DNA of 64,000 nucleotides from Eledone cirrhosa. Lineage: Eukaryota. The notes beneath the pieces were generated by a model. It saw only the letters and a list, made by a program, of their open reading frames with translations, was not told the origin of the DNA and did no database searches. Where the stretch lies: positions 36,208,001 through 36,272,000 of the forward strand of contig OZ024759.1 in NCBI GenBank assembly GCA_964016885.1, in the 5' to 3' direction. Position 1 is the stretch's first letter; each line of letters begins with the position of its first letter. The translations under genes were made by a program, and so were the position numbers. Shown piece after piece: positions 1-20,340 of the stretch.

Positions 1-750
1 GCACAGTGGGCTAGCCTCCTCCTTGTAAATATGGTGTTTCAACCACTTCGTTTTGAGGGCCTGCTCTTGCGCAGCCATTAGCATTCCTTCTGTAGCCTTT
101 TTAAGGTCTCCTCTTTTCAACCAGTTCCATGTCTGTGGATCTCTGAATTCAGTTTTCTCAAAGAAGGTACTATGAAGGGATTTTTCATGAAGGCTGCTCT
201 TTCTCCTTGTTATTTCCTCCTTGGACATCCCCTGGTCTATTGTCCTCTCCTTCAGTACAATTCTGAGCATTGGCTCCTTACTATCAGTCACGTATTTGTG
301 TAGGTTGTTTTTCTCCATCTGAACACAGTCCTCTATGTTGATAAGACCTCTTCCACCTTCAGATCTCCTTAAATAGAGTCTATCGACATCACTCCTCTTG
401 TGGAACATGTTGTAGATAGTCAATAGCTTCCTAGTCTTCCTATCCATTTCTTTTTGTTCAGCAACATTCCATTTCAGAATTCCCTCACTGTACCTAATAA
501 TAGACACAGCTCGGGAATTTACTGCACTTATGGCATTCCTACTCTTCAGATGTGACTTTAATACGCTCCTTACTCTCCGAATGTATTCAGATCTTATCAA
601 TTCCTTCATTTTTTTGTTCTTGATGTCATCAGCCTCCAGAACACCCAAATACTTGTATCCTTCTTCAGTGTCAATTTCCTTTATCATCTCACCTGTTGGT
701 ACCTGGATTCCGTTGCTTCTGCTCAATTTACCCCCTCTTCATCACAAATA
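1..750 (-). mobile_element. 5'-truncated R4/Dong-clade non-LTR retrotransposon fragment (end of RT, thumb, start of CCHC region) in a DARS2 intron
   Basis: Manual minus-strand translation is open from ~733 to the window edge: GYKYLGVLEADD...EMDRKTRKLLT...DVDRLYLRRSEGGRGLINIED...MAAQEQALKT...EEASPLC, motifs typical of R4/Dong RLE elements. It abuts an (ATT)n tract at 756-807. Confidence 0.85.
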
Positions 751-754
751 CCAA

Positions 755-809
<55 letters not shown>

Positions 810-858
810 CTCAATGAATTCTAAATATATTTTTATTTATCTTTATTTGGTTTTCTAG

Positions 859-2635
859 TTGGGTTAGAATCAGTCCATCATCCATTCACTGCTCCAGTGC
901 CAGAACATCTTCAACTACTTTATACAGATCCCCTAAAGGTATGTTATTAGCGGTGGACTGGCAGTATCGGTAGAGGGTCGGACGCCATGCTTTCAAATCT
1001 CGTCGAGGTTAACTTTGCCTTTCATCCTTATGGGGTCGATAAAATAAAGTACCAGTAATTCACTGGGATAATTGCTGGCCTTGTGCCAAAAGTAGAAACA
1101 GTTATTAGTTATTACTAATTAGTTATATGTTACAGTTACTAATTAGTTGTATGTTAAAGTTATTACTAATTAATTGTATGTTAAAGTTATTACTAAATAA
1201 TTATATGTTTAATTACCAGGTGAAAGGTCAACATTATGACCTGGTATTAAATGGTCAAGAAATTGGTGGAGGATCAATACGGATCCACACGGCGAAAGAA
1301 CAAGTTTATGTGTTGGAGGAAATACTTCAGGTAGAGTTGTGTTGACTTGTTTAGAGGGTGGTGGAGTGGGGGAATTGGTAGAGCGTCCGATAAAATACTG
1401 TTGTCCTATCATCATCATCACCATGACCATCATTATCATCATCATCACTATCATCGTCGTCATCATCATCACCACCACTGCCACCATCATTATCGCCACC
1501 TCAGTCATCATCATCATCACCACCATCACCACCACCACCTCTATCACCACCACTGCCACCACCATCATCATCAGAGCTATTTTAAATTGTTAATCTTTGT
1601 TTTCTTCTTCTAATAGGAAGACAGCAGCCAACTTGAACACCTTTTGCATGCATTAGACTCCGGGTGCCCACCTCATGGAGGAATTGCCCTCGGTAAGTAC
1701 ACATTAAATAATCTTAACTTTTTTTTAATTAAGACAGTGTGTCTAAGTGGCTGAGTATACCTGACACATATGTCTTTTTAACCCTTTAACATTTACATTA
1801 CTCTATATTTACTGTTGTATTTTCATGGTAAAGGCTTTACCTCACATAATATCAAATCTATGAGATTTTGATATTTATTTTGAGAACAATACCTTAACAT
1901 CAGTATGAGTGGCCAGTTACGGCTGGTTTGAACAGAAAAAGGTGAGAGAATTCTGGCTGGATACAACCAGTTTAAATGTTAAAGGGTTAAAATCAAAGTA
2001 TTTATTACAGAGAGGTGGTGAAACTTAGAATGTTGGATAAAATGCTTTGCAATATTTGTTCTGGCTTTTTTGTTGCTGTTCTTTCTTTTGTCCTAATATT
2101 TCGGGACCTAAATTCCCTTCTTCAGAGTTTAAGGAACTCAGAGAAAAATGTTCTGGTTTCTTCTCTTTGGAATTAAATTTAGATTTCTAAACCACTTTCA
2201 AGTGTTGTTTGATGTTTGATATGTTATTCACAAGAAGCTGGAGGGTGACATCAATTGACGACGATGTAATATTTCATGGAATCAATTTCCTTGTATGAGA
2301 TGTTGTTAAGGTTGGATGTGTATGTGTATATATGTGTATGTCTGTCCTTTTATGACATATTTTTAGTTTGTAAAACAGAAGCAACAACAAAGAATTATGT
2401 GATGATGATGATGATTCAATTGTTGTTTACATTTTCATTCTTTCTGTTTCTCTATTTTATAGGTTTTGATCGGCTGTTAGCCATTTTGTGTAATGAACAG
2501 AGCATCCGTGATGTCATCGCTTTCCCCAAGTCACATGATGGAAAAGACCCAATGAGCAAAGCTCCTGCAACAATTTCTGTTGATGATCAAAATTATTATC
2601 ACATATCCTCAAAATTAACAGATTCAGAGAAATAA
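859..2635 (+). CDS. DARS2: Mitochondrial aspartyl-tRNA synthetase, last four coding exons (5' part upstream of the window)
   Basis: GT-AG exons 859-938 (GLESVHHPFTAP), 1220-1330 (HYDLVLNGQEIGGGSIRIH), 1617-1692 (HLLHALDSGCPPHGGIAL), 2463-2635 (GFDRLLAIL...IRDVIAFPKS..., TAA). Phases are consistent; class II aaRS motif 3 is present. Confidence 0.96.
949..1105 (+). mobile_element. tRNA-derived SINE with Nin-type central domain (octopod SINE family)
   Basis: tRNA-like head tggcagtatcggtagag, core gcctttcatcctta(c)ggggtcgataaaataaagtaccag, tail ggccttgtgccaaaagtagaaac. Many other copies in the window. Confidence 0.75.
1405..1573. repeat. (CAT/CAC)n trinucleotide microsatellite
   Basis: Direct inspection; source of the poly-His/Thr/Ile/Val ORFs. 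Confidence 0.95.
1778..1990. mobile_element. piggyBac-type MITE (~210 bp, TTAA target duplication)
   Basis: TTAA-CCCTTTAACATTTA ... TAAATGTTAAAGGG-TTAA terminal inverted repeats. Same family at 6812-7025, 17057-17251, 39343-39907, 42102-42304, 58985-59185, 61908-62068. Confidence 0.85.
2093..2127 (-). ncRNA. Minimal type-I hammerhead ribozyme-like motif, stem I degenerate
   Basis: Minus strand reads CTGAAGA-a-ggga-atttagg-tccc-GAAA-tat-t: intact core, 4-bp stem II, palindromic ATAT stem III. Confidence 0.55.
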
Positions 2636-3597
2636 TTTCTTAAATATACAAACACATCATAAAAAAAAGGATTAGGTATGCAAGGGGGTGGCATTCCCCT
2701 CGTTATTGTCCTTCATTGTCAATAAGGGGCTTATTTTCTGACCCTAAGTCTATTTGACCTGATACTCTAATGTCATTATCATTATCTTTGTAGAGAGTCT
2801 GTATTTCAATATCAACATTTGCAAATATGAAAATATTATTTATTTGATGTTTTACCGACATAAACAGCTCTTCCCGACCTTCCTTGAAGAAAGCCAACCT
2901 GTTCGTACTATAAAAAACTAAATAGCTAAGACTTAAAATATCTATACCAACTTGTTTTTGTTATGTTACTATTTCTTTCTTTCTCAGTTTTAATATTTGG
3001 TTTTACTAACATTAGCAGTTTGTTGTTTCTTCCGGTTCATTGTTTGGGCAGATTTAACCTTGTATCACCTCTTTTCCACTACTTTCCCACCTTGTTGCCT
3101 TTCAAACTACCCTTGTACATCACCAATGTTGACTCGCTACTCTTCAGACCATTGCTACCTTGTGTAGATGAGTGTCTAGGAGAGCATTGACTTTGAGTAA
3201 AGATTATGATTGTACAGGGCAGATGTGCTCTGGAAGTTATTGAGATGCAGATCCTCTAGGATGGGAGAAACTCCAATTATAAATGACACCCCAGGGTATA
3301 CGGGGACGCCGTAAGCTGTAGTGAAGGCAACCCATCTAGGAGAGCAGACACTCAGAATAAGGACTGGTATAGGGTGGAGAGGAATCTTGAGTTGCCGCAA
3401 GACACCAAGTCTCATATAAGGTGCTCTACCAGCTAAAAATACCCTGCAGAAATAAAATAACTGAATAAAACCAGACCAAACAAAGACCAAACAAAGAAAA
3501 CATCAACGTATTTGCCATTATAAGACATTGGCAAAGAAAATAAATAAAGGAGGGGTGAAATGAAAACACGATTCAGATAATTGTATTTGTTTGTACT

Positions 3598-4405
3598 TTT
3601 ATTCACAGTTGTATAAAAATATAATAATATAATTCAGTGAACAATAATGATAAAGGAAAAAAAACGGGGGAGGGCAATTCACCACCAAGTGCGACAATTG
3701 ATCGCACCTCACACCTTAGGGGTTAACTACCCACTTCGAGGTAAGCCAACACGCTCGTAGTATTGCCATGAGTGATGGCGAGGCTTAGGTGCTGAAATAA
3801 CCAGGCAGCCTCACGGGCATCACCGGACACCTCAGTAAGATGGGCCGCCAGCAATGATAAGAACTTCACTGCCAGCGGCCCAACTCCACCGAACATCTCA
3901 AATGCCACAGGCTGGAAAAAATAATTGTCTTATAAGTCCTGGTATTTCCAAATTTTATTCCATTCAGCAATGGAAGCAGTGACCTCCACATTCCTCACGG
4001 TGTCCATGGTGTGGGAGGGAGCAACAGAGTCACTGACTGTGATGTCCCAGATGGGACACCTACCTCTCACCCAGGGACAAAGAGTAAGACCATCTGGTCT
4101 CTTCCCATCACTTCTGAATAAACCAGCCGGCTCCAGAACTGTGGAGATATTAACCCGACCCAGGGCCCGTTTGATGATCAGGTTTAGCTCAGTGTGACGG
4201 GCAAAAGGATCAGCATACAGGTGGCAAAACGACCATGTAAACCCGTGGAGTCGAGGGACCTACCACAGCAGTATCTCAAACCCCCACAAACGTCGGCTCC
4301 CAGTCAAAGTGCAATGGAGATATGGAGTCCGTCCTGAGTGAGAAGGCCACCAATGTTAGCCATAGGCAGGGCATCAATCCAGTCCCCCGAGAACTTTACA
4401 CTTCC
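3598..4405 (-). mobile_element. CRE-clade non-LTR retrotransposon 3' fragment (restriction-like endonuclease domain plus 3' UTR), degenerate
   Basis: Minus translation LEPAGLFRSDGKRPDGLTLCPWVRGRCPIWDITVSD...FQPVAFEMFGGVGP...LFQHLSLAITHGNTTSVL with internal stops; AATAAA on the minus strand at 3598-3603. Confidence 0.8.
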
Positions 4406-4860
4406 AGAAAGTAAATGGCACCTAGAAAATTGTCAGAAAGATCAAAGAGGGAGTTGAAAGTTTTCCTTGAGTGCAGATTGTCCCATATTCTCTACTTCGT
4501 GTGTGTATGTTTGTATGTATATCTGTATTTGTGTGTTCTTTTTGTGTATTTGTATGTATGTGTTAATATTTGTGAGTCTGTGTATGGGAGTATGTGTGCG
4601 TGTGTAGCGAATCTAAGCAGAAAAATTTGAATCGTATTTATTTTTATCCTCTGAAGTATCGACTGTATTCCAATAAGGTTTATAGTTGGAATTCAGGGTC
4701 CTTGAACAACTCCCTATGTCTATAATTGAGATAGTAACTAGTTTTATTATGGAAATACAAGAGACAACTAAGAGGAGGCCATGTTTGAGTAACTAACGAC
4801 AACTCTCTAGCTGAGTGAGGTAAAAAGGGTGTAGAGTGCTTAACAACACATTACAACATT

Positions 4861-12021
<7,161 letters not shown>

Positions 12022-12172
12022 ATTATTATCTTTTCTGTTCCTGTTTTGTTTCATACTTCCACAATTTATCATCTTAATTCCATAGTTTCTTGTTTTTCAT
12101 GTTTTCACAATTTTTGTATTGTTGTTCATAATTGTAATTATCTCCCCTCCATGAAATTTGTGGGATAAAAAA

Positions 12173-12182
12173 ATTAAATAAA
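12173..12182 (+). terminator. Candidate polyadenylation signal of DNAAF5
   Basis: Overlapping ATTAAA/AATAAA ~150 nt after the stop, followed by a GT/T-rich tract. Confidence 0.55.
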
Positions 12183-12370
12183 AATTATAATGGTGATTGT
12201 TTTTTTTTTATTCTTCTTTAATACTAAGATTACATGGGTTACGTGGATCACTTGCTAAGTGATTATATATATATGTATATATAGAAGCCATTTCTATATT
12301 AAATATTTATACTCTGCTATGTATTGAGTACCTTAATTACTGTGGTTACCCCCGATTTAACCTGGGATAA

Positions 12371-12428
<58 letters not shown>

Positions 12429-12764
12429 TAGACACGTGACTGTTGATCCTTCTACCTGGATTTGCAACCAACAGATAGTATTAGAAATTGGAAACACCAA
12501 TGGAAATTTGTCCAATATGACGAACATTGATCAAGTGTCAATATATACTACACATTCATATAGACGTTATATTATGGCTGACTGAATACACGTTTTTTTT
12601 GTTCATTTTCTCTGTTCCTTCTATTTCTACCTCTATCTTCTAATGAAGGATTAGTGTCTGAAACGTTAGGACTCTCTTCCTGCTATTTCAAGTGTTAAAC
12701 TAATATATTTTTTTCATGTACTGTGCCGTTAGTTTTGTTATTTTTGTTATTTCTGTTTACCTTT

Positions 12765-12796
<32 letters not shown>

Positions 12797-12799
<3 letters not shown>

Positions 12800-12980
12800 A
12801 AATAGTCAGAACCCCGACGGCAGAGCTCAAGCCGTTTCGACAGCTATTTCATGTCCAGAAATGGCTTCAGCTCTGCCGTCGGGTTCTGACTCTTTCCCTA
12901 TTACCCACTCTACTACCCAAAGTATCGAGAACTCTGGTCTGTTATTGTCCACATGGTTCCTTACCACACTTCCTTCGTTA
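12797..12980. mobile_element. Fold-back (Penelope-like) element inserted in (TA)n, with partial hammerhead core
   Basis: Inverted arms gtcagaaccccgacggcagagct / agctctgccgtcgggttctgac plus tail. Related copies at ~8848-8910, 18900-19020, 23275-23415, 23515-23690. Confidence 0.65.
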
Positions 12981-12999
12981 TATATATATATATATATAT

Positions 13000-13165
13000 G
13001 AACTGTTTCCAGGAGATCAATATTCTGAGCAAGATAGGGGTTCCAGACTGGTGATGCAAATTCTAAGTGTGACCACATTGTAGCTATATACAGCTTCAAA
13101 TAGATAGCTGGAGAGCAGCTGACAAAGCTCTTACTGACTCATGTCAAGACACCCTCAACCTTTGT
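13000..13165 (-). mobile_element. CR1-type LINE ORF2 C-terminal fragment
   Basis: LYIATMWSHLEFASPVWNPYLAQNIDLLETV resembles the CR1 RPHLEYA..VWNPY...I..LE.VQ motif. Confidence 0.75.
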
Positions 13166-14172
13166 TAAATCACCAGTCTGAGGAGCAGATTGAAAACAGA
13201 TTACTCAGGGAAATATGTGTAACATGTTGATACACAATAAAAAATTAAATACTTGTAAATGAAACATCATCGTTTTCCTTAATATATACACTCTGCCTGA
13301 GCATTGTGTGCTTACTTTGGTACCAGTAATTCACTGAATCACATGCTATATATATATATATATCCAATGACTTTGTTTCGGGGTTATTTAAACTTCCAGG
13401 GGTAACCCTCATCCAAATTGGGAGTTGAACGTTTTACTCTGTTTATTATAGTTTGATTTTTATTAATTGTTTGCAATCTTTGACTTTGCCTTCTATTTGG
13501 AAGCCCTGGTTGAGTGCTTCGTGGTTTTTAAAAAATGTTTTTCAATTTGATAAAATGTGCCAATGTCTTCTTTGAAATAGCCAATGCTTGCTTACCTCCC
13601 TTTCACTGTCATGTGACACTGACAGTGAAGCTTACTACTGTAATGGCAACAGTAGAACATTTTTAGAATAAATTGTTTTTTATATATATTTTCTGAGAAT
13701 GGTTGAGTGTGTTAGTGTGTGTATGTGTGCGCTGTATGTTTCGTCTTTCATCCTTACGGGGTCAATAAAATAAAGTACCAGTAATACACTGAGGTTGATT
13801 TAATTGACTTTCCCCTCCCTCCAAAGTTGTTGGCCTTGTGCCTAAATCAAAAACCATGTTTTGAGTGTGTGTTTTTTGTTAGAATTATGGTTGTATGGGT
13901 TGTTGTGCTAAACTTAATTTTACCTTAATTTACAGGTGTATATTTCACACCTGTAAAATAAGGTAAATATATTAATTTAGAAGAGTTCTAGTGTTAGGGA
14001 GTTAGAATGCATGTGTGTGTATGGAGATGATGTGGGTGTGTATGTGACAATATGCTTGTATGTATGTGGGTTTGTGCCTGCCTAAATGTGGGTGTTTGTG
14101 GAAGAAAGAGGTGGTGGTGATATTTTGGTTCCAATTTCTGTTTACATAGTTGGAACTTATTCTCTAATTCTT

Positions 14173-14600
14173 TTATGGATTCAGCTCATCTGCATTAAGA
14201 AGTTCCCAGGAACAGCCAGTTTTAAACTCCTCTATTATGGCCTGGAGAATTATGATCAGCACTGGGCTAAGAACTAAACCTCGATGAACTCCTACCTGTA
14301 CTGTGAATTCCTTGCTAAATTCACTTCCTACTCTCACTTTATTTACAGCTTCTCTGTACATAGCTTGCACTGCTCTCACAATCCATTTTTGTACACCTAA
14401 TTTTCCTAAGGAACACCAGATAACAGATTGAGGTACTCTGTCAAAGGCCTTCTCTTGAACCAAAGGTAAATATAGCAGTTTATTCTTGGCTAGGAACTTC
14501 TCTTGTAGTTGCCTCACTAAAAGGAGGACATCTGTAGTACTTTTCCAAGACATGAAGCCAAACTACATCTCATTGAATTTGACTCTTTCCATCACTTTCA
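14173..14600 (-). mobile_element. RTE-clade LINE reverse transcriptase fragment, degenerate
   Basis: EKAFDRVP...VGVHRGLVLSPVL...WELLNADEL (QGSVLSP and YADD boxes decayed). Confidence 0.9.
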
Positions 14601-15819
14601 TAAATTATATATATATCTGTGCTGTTCGTTTTATCACACACACATAATACCAACAGAAAGATTTATTTTTCTTTATTTCCTTCTAGTCACCTCTGTGTGC
14701 TAGCTTCTCTTTGTCCACTTCCTCTTTTGGTCTTTTCTATATTTCATCTGCCTGCTGCCCACTTTATAGATTGTCTCTCTGTTGACCACTGACCGCTGGT
14801 CTCTGTCCTCTGAGGCATTTTTGCACATCGCTGTCTTTGACACCATTTAGCTGCTTTAATGGCTGTTCTAGCGATCAGTTTTCTCATTTTTACATTTTTC
14901 ATATATATATATATATATATATATACAAGTCTTCATCCCATTAGTATATATATATATTGGATAGAGTGAAGCTTTCAAAGAAGCAAAGGAGACAAATTCA
15001 ATAAGCAAAAACATGTTCTTTAACCCTTTCATGAGCACATTTCTAATGAAATATACTTTATTTTAATCAATTAATGAAAAATTTTGAGGGATTTACTAAA
15101 ATTATTAATTATTTCATTACTAAGATAGTAAGTTAATGTAAGGTTCTTATATAAAATTATGTTAGAAGATTTTAATTAGAATTAAAAACCTATAAAATAG
15201 GTGGTTTTTATTTCATAGAACCAGAGCTGGTTTTCGCAGCGCTGGTAACAAATAAGTTAAAACATGAAAATATGAGAATCTTTTTTTTTTTAAATTCCAA
15301 TAACAACCAAATGAAATATAAAAAGTATACTTTATTCACTCTTTTGTTTTAGTTTTAATTTACTTTTAACTATAATGATGGTGACAGTTAAACCTGAAAT
15401 AGGGAAAAGAAAAAGTGAAATGATAAGGACACATTGCAAAAAAATAAGGATTTATATATCATGTAAGTTAATGAAGTTTCATTTTAAAATGTTTCTTTTG
15501 TTACATATTGAATGTTACATATGTTTCACAGATGATTAGCTCAATGTCTTTATTGATATGTTACACCTGACTCCAGTATCGATCTGCTCCTTAGACATGT
15601 GGATTCAAATCAATACACACCCACACACACATATATATAAAGCACCCAGTCCCCTCTGTTGGGTAGTAGTGCTGGTGCCAGGATGAATATCACCCATTCC
15701 ACCTTGAAAGTTGGTAGAGCCAAAGTTATAATAAAATTCTTCCAGTACATGCTGTAAAGTAAGTGACATTAGGAAGAGCATCCAGCCATAGAACTTAAAC
15801 CAAGAATAGAGCCTAGAAT

Positions 15820-16170
15820 CACTGGACAGATTTTACAAAACCAATCGGCAGGAGACCCAGAAGTAGACCCCGAGCAAGGTGGTTGGATAATATCCATGAG
15901 CTTGACTGGTTTTGCTTAAACCAATCACATCAATTATCAAGTCAAGAGTACTTAAACTGTATGGTCATATCAAAAGATCAACTGTTGGTGTGAGTAAGTT
16001 ATGCCTAGAAGGAAAGTTAGCTGGTAAGAGAAGCAAGGGTCGACAGCCAAAACACTGGCTTGATAATGTCAACTTATGGACTGGACTTCTCATTTGTTCT
16101 TTAAACTCTGCTGTTAGTTTATGGAGAAGAATATCTCATGTTGATGTATAGTCTGCAACAGACAGAGTGT
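15820..16170 (+). mobile_element. RTE-type LINE C-terminal fragments
   Basis: LKLYGHIKRS...LEGKLAGKRSKGRQPKHWLDNV. Confidence 0.8.
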
Positions 16171-16459
16171 CTAGGAGAGGAAAGTTTGCTGGAAGCAATG
16201 TGGAATATGAGATACAAATACAACTAGGAAATAAGTTTGGTTATTTGGAAGCCTGATAAAGTGTGTGGGGTGAAAGATAATTTAGATTTAATACTGACCA
16301 ATGACTACAAGAGCAAGTGACATCAACATTAAGGGAACAGCCACAGCGTAGTGTTGTGGAGGGAAGAAGGAACGTAGTTTTTGGTGGGGTCCCATGAATG
16401 GCTGAAGATAGAGGGATTAATTACAATTGTTATAAAACATTAGGATTTTTTAAAGCAAA

Positions 16460-16792
16460 AACTATAACCACTACCAGCACTACTACAATCACCAGTGCTA
16501 CAACCACTACCATCATCACAACCACCAACACTATCACAACCACCACCATCATCACAACCACCACTACCACCATCACCACTACCACCATCACAACCAGCAC
16601 CACCACTACCACCATCACAACCAGCACCACCACTACCACTACCACAATCACAACCACCATCATTACCAACACCACCACCACCACTGCCATCACAACCACC
16701 ATCACCACCACTGCCATCACAACCACCACTACCAACACCACCATCACCACAATCACCACCACTACCACTGCTAACACAGCCACCATCAGCAC
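16460..16792. repeat. (ACC/ATC/ACT)n cryptic trinucleotide repeat
   Basis: Direct inspection. Confidence 0.95.
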
Positions 16793-17792
16793 ATGTTAAC
16801 CGCTAAGTATTTGTCCAACAAGAATAAGAATGGTTATGTAACTTACTAGAATAATTACCCAGACAGAGTAATAGATAAAAACAGTGGCAGCTAGAAACAT
16901 AAGCCCCCATCCAACAGTTTGATCAACTTTTGAGGCCTGGAAAATATGAAACAAATTCATAATGAAAGTCACACTTGGTGGGATTTAAACTTAGAACATA
17001 AAATATTTCTAATTGAAGTACGAAGATTTCAAATTTTAGGGAAAAGGCTAAGTTGATTAACCCTTTAGCATTTCCATTACTCTAGGTAAAGGTTTTACCT
17101 TACATAACATCGAATTAATGAGATTTTGATATTATTTATTTTGAGAACAATACCTTAACATAAATATGAGTGGCTGGGGACGGCCAGTTTGAACAGAAAG
17201 AGTTGAGAGAATTCTGACCAGATATGGCCGGTTTAAATGCTAAAGAGCTAAATCAACCCCAGTACTTGGCTGTAATTATTGTTGATTGGTAATTAAGATT
17301 TGCAATTAAGTTGTTCTGTGGTGTGTGTATATATATATTGTGTGTGTATATGTATATAATAACAGCAAGTTATACCATTGCTACTTCATTCTACATACCA
17401 TGATTTTCAAGAAACCAAACCTGTAAACAAGAAAGAAAAAAAATAGTCATATGTTGATAACCTAAATATTCACATCTTGTTAGATAATGGTAAACTGAAA
17501 TAATTTTTCTTCAGAAGATAACAAAACAAAGTGAGAATCTTTGAGAGTAATTCTATGTATTCTATGCATAAATAAAACAATTATGTTTATGTGTGTCTGT
17601 GAAACATATACATAGACATCAGGTCCAAACGTAAAGGAACCAAACTCCCACTGCCTCTATCTCTCACTATTATGAGCAAACGGGGACCCATTTGCTGGCT
17701 ACCCCATGGCATCAGCGGACAGAATAGAGAAGGTGTTTCCCCAGAGGATGGTGAGAGAGACGTGCTGGAAGAGCAGCCATTCCAGCTTGCGA

Positions 17793-18240
17793 TGCTGGTG
17801 AGTAGGGAGGTGGTCCTAGGGCCAAGGACACCAGAAGTCTTCACACCTCTGGGTAGCCAACTCTGTGCTGATGGTGGTGAGTAGGGAGGTGGTCCTAGGG
17901 CCAAGGACACCAGAAGTCTTCACACCTCTGGGTAGCCAACTCTGTGCTGATGGTGGTGAGTAGGGAGGTGGTCCTAGGGCCAAGGACACCAGAAGTCTTC
18001 ACACCTCTGGGTAGCCAACTCTGTGCTGATGGTGGTGAGTAGGGAGGTGGTCCTAGGGCCAAGGACACCAGAAGTCTTCACACCTCTGGGTAGCCAACTC
18101 TGTGCTGATGGTGGTGAGTAGGGAGGTGGTCCTAGGGCCAAGGACACAAGAAGTCTTCACACCTCTGGGTAGCTGACTCTGTGCTGATGGTGGTGAGTAG
18201 GGAGGTGGTCCTAGGGCCAAGGACACCAGAAGTCTTCACA
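17793..18240. repeat. 79-bp minisatellite, ~5.7 near-identical copies
   Basis: gccaaggacac recurs at 17821, 17900, 17979, 18058, 18137, 18216. Confidence 0.95.
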
Positions 18241-18625
18241 ATAAATGTTAAGTGACCTAAGAAATTTCACTAAATTATATCAATAGAAGGGAGATAATCT
18301 ATATTAAACACCCGCCAGGTGGGGTGACAGTTATATGATAATTAGGAGTGCAAAACTTCTGAACGTGTGTTGTGTCCTTGAGCAAGACACTCTATTTTCA
18401 TGTAGCTTCAGCCCACTCAGCTGCCAGAAAAATTAGTTGTAATTCTAATTCTATGGGGCCAGTATTGTCACAATGTGCCAGGTTGAATCTCCCTGAGGAA
18501 TACGTTAAGAGTGCAAATGTTTGTAGAATGCTCTGCCACTTATCACACCGATAATGTAATGAGCAGGCTGTTCCGTTGAATGAATCAACTGGAGCATTCG
18601 ACACCGGAAACAGCAGAGTCCCAGC

Positions 18626-18718
<93 letters not shown>

Positions 18719-18855
18719 AATATATATCCATCCGTATGTAGTTGACGGCTGAGAGAAAGGAGTACTCAGTACCGATGTAGAGTTTTAATATTCAGATCCT
18801 GTTATAAACAGGCGAAACTCCAGAGTAACAAGCCTCACTTTTTAGCCTTAATATG

Positions 18856-18902
<47 letters not shown>

Positions 18903-19758
18903 CGATGGAGTTGTGGTAAGAAAACAGATGGACCCTAACGCACCATACATAGGGTAGTAGAGTGGGTAATAGGATAAAGTGTGACCCCGATGAAAGAGCT
19001 CAAGCCGTTTCGTCGAAGTATTTATACGTACATACATATATGTGTACAGACGTACAGTAGTATGTATATATATACATACATGCACACATATATATATGTA
19101 CGTATTGTTTGTAAATATATATATTACTAATTTTCTTAAGCTATTATTCGTAACGATCGACTGTTGTCATAGTTATTTTCTGTGTTTGGGATTCCCACAT
19201 TTACAAGTATACCACTCATAAGCAAATAAACACGTATATTTAAACCTTGGGCTAATCAATTATTGTATTACTAAAAGCTATTTATTGATTTTACAAACAA
19301 GATAGCGAAAATAACCCCCTAAAAATAACGCCTGTCATTGTCTTATCAGGTGCGTGTGTGTAATTAGTTACCAGACTGGGAGCTTCCAGACTCTGAACAC
19401 ACCTAACAAACCTTTCCTTAATTCTCTAACAAAACAATTATGTCTCCCTTCCTTGAACACTAAATTAAGCAATCATTCGTTCGATTTAAGATCAGTCAAC
19501 TACCGGTAATTTCCGTCAAATTGACACCATAAACGTTATCTCTGTAAATATAAATATTATTGACTTATTTATGAGGAGACAAGGCATGTCGGCCACTAAA
19601 CTCCCTCCCCCCTCTCTCTCTCTATATATATATATTTCTATCTAACTTCGCTTATATATTGATCTCCCTACCATGGCTATTAGAGACTAATTACCGTTTA
19701 ATTAATTAATTAAGATACAACCGGTACTGGCATTGATAAATATGGTGGGTCCGTCAAC

Positions 19759-20138
<380 letters not shown>

Positions 20139-20293
20139 CTGAATTAATCCACGTTCGTTTTGGTAGTACAAGCCGGAGTTGTGTATATATTTATATAGCT
20201 AAATATATTTATACACAACTTAGCTATGTATACATTTATTATACACAATTTCATATGAACTTATATTTACTGTTCTACATACATATATAGCGC

Positions 20294-20340
<47 letters not shown>

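Noticed and set aside
4690-4800. RFX X-box expected upstream of the ciliary gene DNAAF5
   Set aside because: Only half-site-like matches (e.g. gagacaac, gaacaac); no convincing full palindrome.
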